Shown here: positions 34,164-43,377 of the stretch, piece by piece
How positions within the stretch are numbered: the first letter of the stretch is position 1
Layout: every line of letters starts with the position of its first letter
Source: an uncultured Pseudomonadota bacterium
GTDB lineage: Bacteria > Babelota > Babeliae > Babelales > Vermiphilaceae
Length of the DNA stretch: 64,000 nucleotides
Reading direction: 5' to 3'
Assembly (NCBI GenBank): GCA_964433525.1
Contig: CAYSQT010000005.1
Coordinates: 20,103 to 84,102 of the forward strand
Notes under the pieces: generated by a model
Database searches by the model: none
What the model was told of the DNA's origin: nothing
Seen by the model: only the letters and a program-made list of their open reading frames with translations
Program-made: the position numbers and the translations under genes

Positions 34164-34768
34164 TGGCCATGGAAGGACTTCCTACACTCGCGCATCTTTT
34201 AAAAGTATTGCAGCAAGTACCTTATTTGGCATCAAAAAATGTATATCGAGTAGCAACGCATTTTTTGGATATGTCGCCACAACAAATGGAACAATTTTGT
34301 CATGTATTAGACGCAGCAAAAAAGAAGTTGATTAAATGCGCAACGTGCTTTTTTTGGCGTGAACAAGCAGGTTCATGCATATTCTGCGCATCACCAAAAC
34401 GAGAACGTGATATTGTTTGCGTTGTTGAAACATGGCAAGAAATTTTAGCGATAGAAAAAACCAGAGGTTATTCTGGTATGTATCATGTTCTTGGTGGAGC
34501 AATTTCACCGCTTGATGGTATCAACATACAAGATTTAACAATTGACGCATTAATTACGCGGGTGAATTCTCAGCAGATAAAAGAAGTTATTTTAGCAACA
34601 AACCAGACTCCAGAGGGAGAAGCAACAGCAACATATATTGCGCGCAAATTAAAAGATTCAGATGTTATTGTATCTTGTTTGGCGCGTGGATTGCCGGTTG
34701 GTTCTTTTTTGGAAGGAATGGACCGCTTAACAGTATTAAAAGCTTTATCTGAACGACGTCCATTTTAA
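34163..34768 (+). CDS. recR: Recombination protein RecR
   Basis: 201 aa. Cys4 zinc finger (C..C...C..C) and Toprim (VCVVETWQEILAIEKT..YSGMYHVLGG). TAATG overlap with yidC. Confidence 0.92.
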   Translation: MAMEGLPTLAHLLKVLQQVPYLASKNVYRVATHFLDMSPQQMEQFCHVLDAAKKKLIKCATCFFWREQAGSCIFCASPKRERDIVCVVETWQEILAIEKTRGYSGMYHVLGGAISPLDGINIQDLTIDALITRVNSQQIKEVILATNQTPEGEATATYIARKLKDSDVIVSCLARGLPVGSFLEGMDRLTVLKALSERRPF

Positions 34769-34781
34769 GCATAGGATAAAC

Positions 34782-36167
34782 ATGCGTACAGATTTTTTTG
34801 GTGGTTTAGGTTCATCACAACAAGATGAGCACTCATTATATAAAACGCGACGAAAAGAACTTGTTTCGGCAATAAAAGAACAACATTCTCACATAACCAA
34901 AGGAGCAGTTGTTTTATTTGCAGCATTTGAAACAGGATCGCAAAGATTTCGTCAAGATAAAACATTCTATTATTACACAGGTATTACTGAGCCAGGAACA
35001 GCCGTTGTTATAGAATTAGATGGAAAAACAACGTTATACCGACCCCATTGTTATGCAAAACGTACTCAATGGATGGAGATCCCACAAGCTCTTGTTGAAG
35101 GCAACGCAAAAACACTTGGTGTTGATGAATGTGCATTTTTGGGAAATGAATGTGATGGTTATGGGATTGATTCATATTTTTCATTCCATGAATATGAGCA
35201 CATGCTTGCGTATATTAAAGCGATTGTTGAACATAATGGTTCTCTTTTTACGACATTACCAGATAATGGACATGAATATTTAACAACGCGTTTAGTTATT
35301 AATCATCTACAAACATTTATTCCTAATGTACAAACGTGTATTGTAGACATTTCTTCAATAGTGGCGCGCAATAGACGACGCAAAGATGTTGGTGAAATTG
35401 AAAAAATATACCGTGCAATAGAAGTGACGGAGCTTGCGCATGAAGCTGCAACGCAAGCAATTAAAAATAATGTTACAGAAAGTGAAGTGCAGGCATCTAT
35501 AGAATATATTATGACTGCGGCACGTGCGCGCATAGCGTTCCCGAGCATTGTAGGGAGTGGTAAAAACAGCACCGTTCTGCATTATTCAGAAAATAAAGGT
35601 GCGATGCGCAATGGCGATCTTGTTGTTGTTGATATTGGTGCAGAGCTTGATAATTATTGTGCTGATTTAACGCGCACATATCCTGTGTCTGGTACTTTTA
35701 CCAAACGCCAAAAAGAGATTTACAACACTGTATTAGAAACACAAAATTATATTGCAGAGCTTGCAAAACCTGGCATGTGGCTTAAAAATGCAGAAAAATC
35801 TCAGCAATCACTTCATCATTTAGCGCAACAGTTTTTAAAAAAGCGTGGTTATGCTGATTATTTTCCACATGGTATTGGTCATTACTTGGGTCTTGATGTT
35901 CATGATGTTGGTGATTACAATACACCACTTCACGAAGGTGATGTGATTACCATAGAACCCGGTATTTATATTTCTCAAGAAGATTTGGGTGTTCGCATAG
36001 AAGACAATTACTGGATTACTAAAGATGGCGCAGTTTGTTTGAGTGAGAATTTGCCAAAAGAGGCGCATGACATAGAAGACATTATGCAGCAGGCTTTGAG
36101 TGACAATAAAGATGAAGATGATGAGGAGTCCTATTTTGAAGAAGAAGAAGAGGATGATTTTCATTAA
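34782..36167 (+). CDS. pepP: Xaa-Pro aminopeptidase (M24B)
   Basis: 461 aa. VVVDIGAELDNYCADLTRT, HGIGHYLGLDVHD and IEPGIY..VRIED. It has an acidic C-terminal tail. Confidence 0.85.
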   Translation: MRTDFFGGLGSSQQDEHSLYKTRRKELVSAIKEQHSHITKGAVVLFAAFETGSQRFRQDKTFYYYTGITEPGTAVVIELDGKTTLYRPHCYAKRTQWMEIPQALVEGNAKTLGVDECAFLGNECDGYGIDSYFSFHEYEHMLAYIKAIVEHNGSLFTTLPDNGHEYLTTRLVINHLQTFIPNVQTCIVDISSIVARNRRRKDVGEIEKIYRAIEVTELAHEAATQAIKNNVTESEVQASIEYIMTAARARIAFPSIVGSGKNSTVLHYSENKGAMRNGDLVVVDIGAELDNYCADLTRTYPVSGTFTKRQKEIYNTVLETQNYIAELAKPGMWLKNAEKSQQSLHHLAQQFLKKRGYADYFPHGIGHYLGLDVHDVGDYNTPLHEGDVITIEPGIYISQEDLGVRIEDNYWITKDGAVCLSENLPKEAHDIEDIMQQALSDNKDEDDEESYFEEEEEDDFH

Positions 36168-36263
36168 ATAGCGCTTTTTTGCACAATGTCTTTTTTTCAA
36201 ATACGCATTTGTATAAACTAAAACTACAAACACATTTCACAATTGTTTTTTTAAGGAAAAATT

Positions 36264-37460
36264 ATGAAGGTGAGAGTAGTTTTATTATTTATTTTTTGCA
36301 ATACCCTTCTTCATGGCCTTGCAATGACAGAAATACCCCAAGTCGCTCCAGCTGAACAAAAAAGTACATGGTATTATGATTTAATTGGCAAGGCTGTTGC
36401 TCCATTTAAATCAGGATATGGTTATTCTGATGAACAAAAAACAGCTGCGCGTAAGCAGATAGCGGAATTAGAAGCTAAAAAAGCGGAAGCTACTACTATC
36501 TATCAAGCTGCACTATCGGTAGCATTTGGCGAGACGCACAAAGAACTCATTACGCATGATTATAAAGAACAAATTGCAGATTTAGACAAGCAAATTCACG
36601 AACAAAAGATTATTACCGGCGAAGCGATGAGCTTTAAGCGCAAACTGATTTTGGCAGGAATTGGTGTTGCTGGAGTAACAGTTGGAGGTGCATTGGTGTA
36701 TCAATGGTTTGTGAAACAGCCGAATACAAAAAATACACTGCCAAAAAAATCGGAGCTGCCAATTGTAAAAAAGCCGAGTGAAAAAAAGAGTGTACCTGTT
36801 AAGCAAGTAGAACAACAAAAAATAGAGCAAAAACAAAAGACACCTAAGCAGCAAGAAATACCAAAACAACAAGAACGAATTGAAGAACCACCCAAATCAG
36901 AAATACCAGAACAATTAATTGACAAACAAGAAAAAGTTGCAGAACAAGCTAGTCACACAGAAGAACAAAGGGAAAAACAAATAGAAGAAGAAGCGAAAAA
37001 AGAATTAGAACAGCAGGGCGTTCAAGGTCAAAATATGCAACCGATAATTGAAGAAGAAGAAAAAGTTGAACAAAAAAAACAAAATGAACTAGAGCAACCA
37101 TCTGTGCAAAAATTTATCGAACAGAATAGAAATAATGAAGCTGGTTGGCAAAAAGCAAAGGCAGATTCGGTCTTAGAGTTAGAGTATGTTGAAAGAATAA
37201 GACCTACGGGGGAAAAGGAATGGGGTAAAAGTAGTGGAACAATTATTAAATATCCACCTTTTAAACTACCTCCAGAAATAGAATTGTCTGTCGACAAGAA
37301 AGATCCTGCAGGAAAAAAATTAATTCAAAGCCTTGAGGAGAGATTGCGGCTTATTGAAGCGCAAAGAAAAAGGCCAGGTTATAAAAACGACCATGCTGTT
37401 GCAGCGCAACAAAAGATAGAGCAAGCAAAAGCTTGGCTTGAAGAATTGAGGCATTGGTAA
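36264..37460 (+). CDS. Membrane-anchored E/K/Q-rich low-complexity protein
   Basis: 398 aa. Signal peptide, a central TM segment (LILAGIGVAGVTVGGALVYQWFV), then a long charged region rich in KQQE repeats. Confidence 0.5.
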   Translation: MKVRVVLLFIFCNTLLHGLAMTEIPQVAPAEQKSTWYYDLIGKAVAPFKSGYGYSDEQKTAARKQIAELEAKKAEATTIYQAALSVAFGETHKELITHDYKEQIADLDKQIHEQKIITGEAMSFKRKLILAGIGVAGVTVGGALVYQWFVKQPNTKNTLPKKSELPIVKKPSEKKSVPVKQVEQQKIEQKQKTPKQQEIPKQQERIEEPPKSEIPEQLIDKQEKVAEQASHTEEQREKQIEEEAKKELEQQGVQGQNMQPIIEEEEKVEQKKQNELEQPSVQKFIEQNRNNEAGWQKAKADSVLELEYVERIRPTGEKEWGKSSGTIIKYPPFKLPPEIELSVDKKDPAGKKLIQSLEERLRLIEAQRKRPGYKNDHAVAAQQKIEQAKAWLEELRHW

Positions 37461-37562
37461 ATATTGTTAAGATTGCATATTCTTCGAAAATAATGTTATT
37501 TTTAGGTATACTGAAAGCAAAGAATATTATTATTTTATTGTTTGACGAAAAAGTATATTTTC

Positions 37563-39128
37563 ATGATTTACAATTCATTTTCTCTACTACCACCACTTTT
37601 GGTGATTGTCGCTATTTTTATAACACATCGTCTTAACATTTCATTATTATTGGGCATATTTTCTGCGGCACTGATTGCTTCATCTGGTAAGATAATGGAT
37701 GCAGTTAATGCATGCATAAAGAAAGGCATAATACATTTCTCTGACGTAGACAATCTCTATTTATATGCATTGTTAATCATGATTAGTTCACTCATCGTAT
37801 TATTAACAAATACAGGTAGTGCGGCCGGCTGCGCGCAGATTATTGGTAAACGTATGCGTACCAAACGCAGTGTTGAAATGTCTTCAATGTTACTTGCGTT
37901 TTTGTTAAGTATTGATGATTATTTGAGCATTTTAACCGTTGGTTTTGTCATGCGTCCTATTGCAGACAGAGTTGCTGTTGCACGTACAAAATTGGCATAT
38001 ATTGTGCATGCGCTTGCAGGGCCGCTCGTGATTATTGTGCCCATTTCAACATGGGCAGCTGCAATTCTTGCGCAATATGACAATGCTGGTATTGGCACAA
38101 ATGTTACGAGTAAAATTATTGCAGATCCTTTTTATGTATACATGCAAACAATTCCTTTCATTTTTTATTCATGGATACTCATCTGTTCAGTTGTATTTGT
38201 GGTGTATAAAAGAGTCAGCTTTGGGCAAATAGGCAAAGATGAACAGATTGTTGTGCCTGTGCATGATCAAGACATTGATGATGCAACTAACAATCATTTA
38301 CTCGTTGAATTACTTCTGCCAATTGGCTTATTGGTGGCAGGTGTGTTTTTGGGAATATTGTATGCAGGTGATTGTTTCATTTTTGGAGGCAATAATTCTT
38401 TTGTTGATGCATTCAGAAGTAATAATCAGACATTTTTAGTATTTTGCATTTCAAGTACGCTGGCATTTGTGACAAGTATTGGTATTTCATTGTATAAAAA
38501 AATGATTAACCTTGCAGCGTTGCCCGCAATAATACATGAAGGTTATTTACTCATTAAGTCATCCATTGTGATGATTGTTTTAGCATCAATTTTGGGTAGT
38601 TTTTTGCGTCTTGATTTACATACCGGTGATTATGTTGCAGGAATGTTGTTGGGATCTGTGCCATTGTCTGTTGTTCCCGTGATGGTTTTTGTTGTTTCAT
38701 TATTAATTACTTTGGCAACTGGCTCTGCATGGGGGACATTTTCATTGCTGATTCCCATTACGGTACAAATGGTTATTGCATTGTTACAAGTAGATACCCC
38801 TGTAATTCTTGATCATATCCAATTACTATTTCCTACATTAGGTGCATTACTTTCTGGTGCTGCATGCGGCAATCATATTGCACCGTTTGCAGAAACCACT
38901 ATTATGACTGCAACAAGTACTGGTATTCAACCGCTTGAACATGCAAAAACTCAATTTGTTTACACAGTTCCGGTTATTATTGGGACGCTTGTTGCGTTTG
39001 TTACTATTGGATTGATCAATAATGTAACGTTGTGGATGAGTAGTGTATTGTCGCTTGGTATTGGTACTCTTGTCTGTTTTGGTCTGTTATACATTGGAAA
39101 TGTATTTTTTAAAGCATCTGCTCGATAA
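37563..39128 (+). CDS. NhaC-family Na+/H+ antiporter-like transporter
   Basis: About 521-aa polytopic membrane protein. SIDDYLSILTVG, SAWGTFSLLIPI and GAACGNHIAPFAETTIM resemble NhaC-family blocks. The ORF track starts at TTG 37542. Confidence 0.5.
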   Translation: MIYNSFSLLPPLLVIVAIFITHRLNISLLLGIFSAALIASSGKIMDAVNACIKKGIIHFSDVDNLYLYALLIMISSLIVLLTNTGSAAGCAQIIGKRMRTKRSVEMSSMLLAFLLSIDDYLSILTVGFVMRPIADRVAVARTKLAYIVHALAGPLVIIVPISTWAAAILAQYDNAGIGTNVTSKIIADPFYVYMQTIPFIFYSWILICSVVFVVYKRVSFGQIGKDEQIVVPVHDQDIDDATNNHLLVELLLPIGLLVAGVFLGILYAGDCFIFGGNNSFVDAFRSNNQTFLVFCISSTLAFVTSIGISLYKKMINLAALPAIIHEGYLLIKSSIVMIVLASILGSFLRLDLHTGDYVAGMLLGSVPLSVVPVMVFVVSLLITLATGSAWGTFSLLIPITVQMVIALLQVDTPVILDHIQLLFPTLGALLSGAACGNHIAPFAETTIMTATSTGIQPLEHAKTQFVYTVPVIIGTLVAFVTIGLINNVTLWMSSVLSLGIGTLVCFGLLYIGNVFFKASAR

Positions 39129-39215
39129 AGCTTTATATCTTTTTCTTTTTTACTATTTTTTTGTCTGTTTGATTTGTTAAGAGTAGGCAAATAATACATA
39201 GTTACAAAAAAAGGA

Positions 39216-42200
39216 GTGGACGTGAAGCGATTACTTATCTGTATGTTCTTGTTAACATATTTTTCAATAAAAGCAGATGATTTTCAAACAAAACAAGCGC
39301 CCTGTACTGATTTAGTCGTTGATTGTAATCTTTTAATGCATGATTCAACAAGTGCTGCGGTAGGAAATATTGTGAAACCCGATGATTTGCATCCTGGTAA
39401 TCCTCCAGTTTCTTTTATTCATAACTTTGGTTCAGAGAATACATTTGTAGGAAAAAATGCGGGTAGTTTTTTCAACCTCATAGGAAGTGATAATTCAGGA
39501 TTTGGTGTTTTTGCATTACAAAATATTACATCAGGAACAAACAATGTCGCTATTGGGGCTGTCACTTTAGCATCTAATGCCGAAGGTAGTGATAATGTTG
39601 CTATTGGTCGGGCTGCTCTTAATAAGAATATTCTTGATGATAATGTTGCTGTTGGTTTTAGAGCCTTAGAAAATAATAAGACAGGTAGCTCAAATACAGC
39701 GGTTGGTGCCCGTGCATTGCTCAATAATAATGATGGACAAAATAATACTGCAATGGGAGTTGGAGCTCTGAGAGATAATAGATCAGGCAGTGGAAATACT
39801 GCGGTTGGAAGAAGAGCATTACAAAATAATAAGACTGGTATTAATAGTACTGCGATTGGTGTTCGTGCGTTGCAGTTAAGTAGTAGTGGTGGTAATACTG
39901 CAGTTGGCTATCAAGCGTTGTCATCAAATACAGTTGGTACATCTAATACCGCCGTTGGTAATAATGCATTACAAAAAAATCAGAGTGGTTCATCAAATGT
40001 GGCTGTAGGTAGAGATGCATTACGTCAGAATCTTTCTGGAAGTCAGAATATTGCCATTGGCCATCAAGCGGGAAATAATTGTACTGGAGCAGAAAGCAAT
40101 AATATTTTGATAGGAAACCTCGGTATTATTGGAGACAACAATACTATTCGTATTGGTGACAGTGCTCATACAAAAACATTTATTGCAGGTATCAGTGGAA
40201 TACCCCTTGCGGGGCCTACGGTATTGCCAGTGTATGTATTGTCTTCCGGGCAATTAGGAACACTGGTGTCTTCGCGTAAATTTAAGCATTCTATTCGTGA
40301 AATGCATGACAATGATTCAATGTTTATTTATGATCTTAATCCCGTAACTTTTGTTTATAATGAAGATGAATCAGCAACATTACAATACGGTCTTATTGCA
40401 GAAGAAGTTGACAGGGTGTTTCCTGCATTGGTCATCAGGGATGAGCATAATGAGCCGATTGCTGTTTATTATGAAATTTTGCCAGTATTTCTTTTAAATG
40501 AGATGAAAAAATATAATTATGATATTACCAAATTAAAAGAAGCTATTGATAATATACGCGCTCTGGTGCTTAAGCGTACTAAGCAACCTCCATGCGATGT
40601 AACTGTTGATTGCAATCTTGTAATGCAAGACTCAACAGGTGCAACTGTCGGAGATGTTATGAAACAAGTCACGCTTAATGCGTCTCCTGTTCGATTCATT
40701 CATAATTATGGAGCACAGAATACATTTGTAGGAAAAAATGCAGGTAATTTTAAGACAACAGGCAATGGCGCTAATTCAGGATTTGGTGTATCCGCATTAA
40801 GAGCCCTTACAACAGGAACAGATAATACTGCCGTTGGTAGAGCTGCTTTAAGATTTAACACTGCAGGGATTCAAAATACGGCAGTTGGTCGATCTGCACT
40901 TAATCAAAATGTAATTGGTAATGATAATGTTGCAGTGGGTTACAATGCATTATCTGCAAATGTAACAGGTAGTTCAAATACAGCTGTGGGATCTCGGGCG
41001 TTATTGCTCAATACAACTGGTCAAGATAATACAGCAATGGGCACTCGTGCATTAAGAGCGAATAATGGTAATGCTAACACAGCTGTTGGAAGAAGCGCTT
41101 TAAGAAATGGGCTAACTGTCACTAATAGTACAGCAGTAGGTTATCGTGCCTTAGAAGCAAATAATAGCAACCGCAATACGGCGGTTGGTTATAAATCACT
41201 GTTAGTTAACTTAGCTGGCTCATTTAACACCGCAATTGGTAATAATTCCTTACAAAATAATGAAGCTGGTTCATCTAACGTAGCTATTGGTAAAGATGCG
41301 TTACTTAAGAATAAATTTGGAAGTCAAAATAGTGCAGTTGGCTATCAAGCTGGAAGCAATTTAGATGGTGCAGAAAGCACAAATATTATGATAGGAAATC
41401 TTGGTGTTACAGATGATAATAATACTATTCGCATCGGCAATAGCTCTCATGCCAAAACCTTTATAGCTGGTATTGTACCTCTTCTTTCTGCGAGAATGCA
41501 ATTGCGTGTAGATTCTGAGGGGAAATTAAGTAAAAAAATGGCAATGTCTTCACGCAGATTTAAATCGTCTATTAACAGTATGAATGACATTGATGTAGAA
41601 CAGATTTATCGTCTTAACCCTGTATCATTTGTATATAATAATGATGAATGGGGAACAAAACGATACGGCTTAATTGCAGAAGAAGTTGAAGAACATTTTT
41701 CTGATTTAGTTATGAGAAATGAACGCAATGAGTTGCTTGGTGTGCGTTATGACATTCTTCCTGTGTTGTTGTTGCATGAAATGAAAAAGCATAAATGTAC
41801 TATTGCTCAACTACAAGAAGTTGTCGCAGATATTTCTGCGCGAGCGTCCAAATACTCTCATGCAAATGTTGGAGATATAGTGGTAACAAGAGCAGCATGC
41901 GACACAAGTGTTGAATGTAATATTTTGATGCAAGATTCAACTGGTCTGAGAGTGGGCAACATTTTTAAAGATGGCCAAACCTTTATTCATAACTTTGGCA
42001 CGAATGCAAAAGGTGAATATACCAACACATTTGTAGGGATAAGTGCAGGTAATTTTAATACATCAGGCAATGGAGGTAATTCCGGATTTGGCTTTAATGC
42101 ATTAGCATTAAATACAACAGGAACAGACAATACAGCACTTGGTGACGGTACGTTATCTAACAATAGCGTAGGTAGTTTTAATACAGCAGTAGGTTCTTTA

Positions 42201-43166
42201 GCGCTCAAAGATAATAGTACCGGTAAAGATAATGTCGCAATTGGTTCTGGTGTATTAACATCTAATAGTGGTGGTAATGCAAATACAGCAATAGGAAGAG
42301 AAGCGCTTCACTTGCAGGATCAAGGTAATGATAATACAGCTTTAGGTGCACGCGCTTTACAGTTTGCTCTAGCAAATGCAAATACAGCAATCGGAGCAGA
42401 AGCATTAATGAGTAATGGATTTGGTATAAATAGCACTGCCGTTGGATATAAAGCATTAAGCTCTAATGTAACTGGTGACCGCAATACGGCAGTTGGCTAT
42501 CAATCATTAACATCAAATAATGGAAAATTTAATACAGCGATTGGAGCTAATTCTTTGCGGTCTAATACTGCAGGTTCCTTTAACGTTGCTATTGGCGATG
42601 GAGCATTATTAAATAGTCTTAATAATGATTCAAACATTGCTATAGGTTTAGGAGCAGGTTCAACTTATGCTTTTTCAGCAAGCAACAACATTGTTATAGG
42701 TAATGCAGGGGCATTGAGGGATAACAATACTATCCGCATTGGAAACAATTCTCATAAAGCAGTATTCATTGCCGGCATTCCTCAGTTACCATTAAATGCA
42801 CCGGAACAACCTCAAGTTTTTGTTAATTCTTCAGGGCAATTGGGAGTGCAGCCATCATCACGCAAATACAAACATGATATTAATAAAATAGCGGATGATT
42901 CAGAAGGTATTTACAATCTTAAGCCAGTAACATTTATGTATAATGATGATGAATCTGCAGAGAAACAGTATGGTTTAATTGCAGAAGAAGTTGATGAAGT
43001 ATTGTCAGCGTTAGTGGTGAGAGATGGCAATAATGAGCCATTGAGCGTTCGTTATGATATGCTTCCGGTATTACTATTGAATGAGCTCAAAAAACAACAT
43101 GAAGATGTTATGATGTTAGAAAAAATGGCTGTAGAATTGCAAAAAGAGCTTGTTTGCGAGAATTGA
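39216..43166 (+). CDS. Secreted triple-module fibre protein: three tandem tail-fibre-like repeat regions, each followed by a peptidase-S74-like intramolecular chaperone domain
   Basis: 1316 aa. Signal-like N-terminus (KRLLICMFLLTYFSIKA); GTG 39222 is the better spaced start after AAAGGAG. It has 16-17-aa NTA(V/I)GxxALxxNxxGxx repeats. SSR(K/R)(F/Y)K...YGLIAEEV...LPV(L/F)LL(N/H)E(M/L)KK occurs three times. Confidence 0.8.
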   Translation: MDVKRLLICMFLLTYFSIKADDFQTKQAPCTDLVVDCNLLMHDSTSAAVGNIVKPDDLHPGNPPVSFIHNFGSENTFVGKNAGSFFNLIGSDNSGFGVFALQNITSGTNNVAIGAVTLASNAEGSDNVAIGRAALNKNILDDNVAVGFRALENNKTGSSNTAVGARALLNNNDGQNNTAMGVGALRDNRSGSGNTAVGRRALQNNKTGINSTAIGVRALQLSSSGGNTAVGYQALSSNTVGTSNTAVGNNALQKNQSGSSNVAVGRDALRQNLSGSQNIAIGHQAGNNCTGAESNNILIGNLGIIGDNNTIRIGDSAHTKTFIAGISGIPLAGPTVLPVYVLSSGQLGTLVSSRKFKHSIREMHDNDSMFIYDLNPVTFVYNEDESATLQYGLIAEEVDRVFPALVIRDEHNEPIAVYYEILPVFLLNEMKKYNYDITKLKEAIDNIRALVLKRTKQPPCDVTVDCNLVMQDSTGATVGDVMKQVTLNASPVRFIHNYGAQNTFVGKNAGNFKTTGNGANSGFGVSALRALTTGTDNTAVGRAALRFNTAGIQNTAVGRSALNQNVIGNDNVAVGYNALSANVTGSSNTAVGSRALLLNTTGQDNTAMGTRALRANNGNANTAVGRSALRNGLTVTNSTAVGYRALEANNSNRNTAVGYKSLLVNLAGSFNTAIGNNSLQNNEAGSSNVAIGKDALLKNKFGSQNSAVGYQAGSNLDGAESTNIMIGNLGVTDDNNTIRIGNSSHAKTFIAGIVPLLSARMQLRVDSEGKLSKKMAMSSRRFKSSINSMNDIDVEQIYRLNPVSFVYNNDEWGTKRYGLIAEEVEEHFSDLVMRNERNELLGVRYDILPVLLLHEMKKHKCTIAQLQEVVADISARASKYSHANVGDIVVTRAACDTSVECNILMQDSTGLRVGNIFKDGQTFIHNFGTNAKGEYTNTFVGISAGNFNTSGNGGNSGFGFNALALNTTGTDNTALGDGTLSNNSVGSFNTAVGSLALKDNSTGKDNVAIGSGVLTSNSGGNANTAIGREALHLQDQGNDNTALGARALQFALANANTAIGAEALMSNGFGINSTAVGYKALSSNVTGDRNTAVGYQSLTSNNGKFNTAIGANSLRSNTAGSFNVAIGDGALLNSLNNDSNIAIGLGAGSTYAFSASNNIVIGNAGALRDNNTIRIGNNSHKAVFIAGIPQLPLNAPEQPQVFVNSSGQLGVQPSSRKYKHDINKIADDSEGIYNLKPVTFMYNDDESAEKQYGLIAEEVDEVLSALVVRDGNNEPLSVRYDMLPVLLLNELKKQHEDVMMLEKMAVELQKELVCEN
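39303..40592 (+). repeat. Fibre module 1 (coding tandem repeat unit)
   Basis: Runs from CTDLVVDCNLLMHDST to the end of S74-like domain 1. Putative nucleophile Ser codon at 40269-40271 (aa 352). Confidence 0.75.
40593..41897 (+). repeat. Fibre module 2 (coding tandem repeat unit)
   Basis: Runs from CDVTVDCNLVMQDST to the end of S74-like domain 2. Putative nucleophile Ser codon at 41547-41549 (aa 778). Confidence 0.75.
41898..43163 (+). repeat. Fibre module 3 (coding tandem repeat unit)
   Basis: Runs from CDTSVECNILMQDST to the C-terminus. Putative nucleophile Ser codon at 42855-42857 (aa 1214). Confidence 0.75.
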
Positions 43167-43183
43167 TTTAGATTGATAAAGTA

Positions 43184-43246
43184 AAAATATCTACCGGTAT
43201 TGTATATTGAAATCATCAGTATATAGTGTCGGTAGATATTTTTTTG
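43184..43246 (+). terminator. Rho-independent terminator after the fibre gene
   Basis: AAAATATCTACCG (43184-43196) pairs with CGGTAGATATTTT (43230-43242), followed by a T-run. The loop is long and partly self-pairing. Confidence 0.6.
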
Positions 43247-43377
43247 TTCATTTGCTACTTCAGGTTTTATGATCTATAGTAGTTTATATGAAAGCTTTTT
43301 GTATCATGTAGAATTGGTGTGGTAGGGTGTATGGCATTGTTATATATTGGGAAACAGTTTTTTTAAGCGTGGTGTGT

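Noticed and set aside
39500-42700. Regular ~51-nt periodicity that might look like a CRISPR or satellite array.
   Set aside because: The periodicity lies within one long open reading frame and corresponds to a 16-17-aa protein repeat. The units are diverged and there is no repeat/spacer alternation.
39216-43166. Interpreting the S74-containing gene as evidence for a prophage.
   Set aside because: No other phage structural, replication, lysis or integration genes, and no att-like direct repeats, are visible in the flanking ~10 kb. The flanks are ordinary chromosomal genes.
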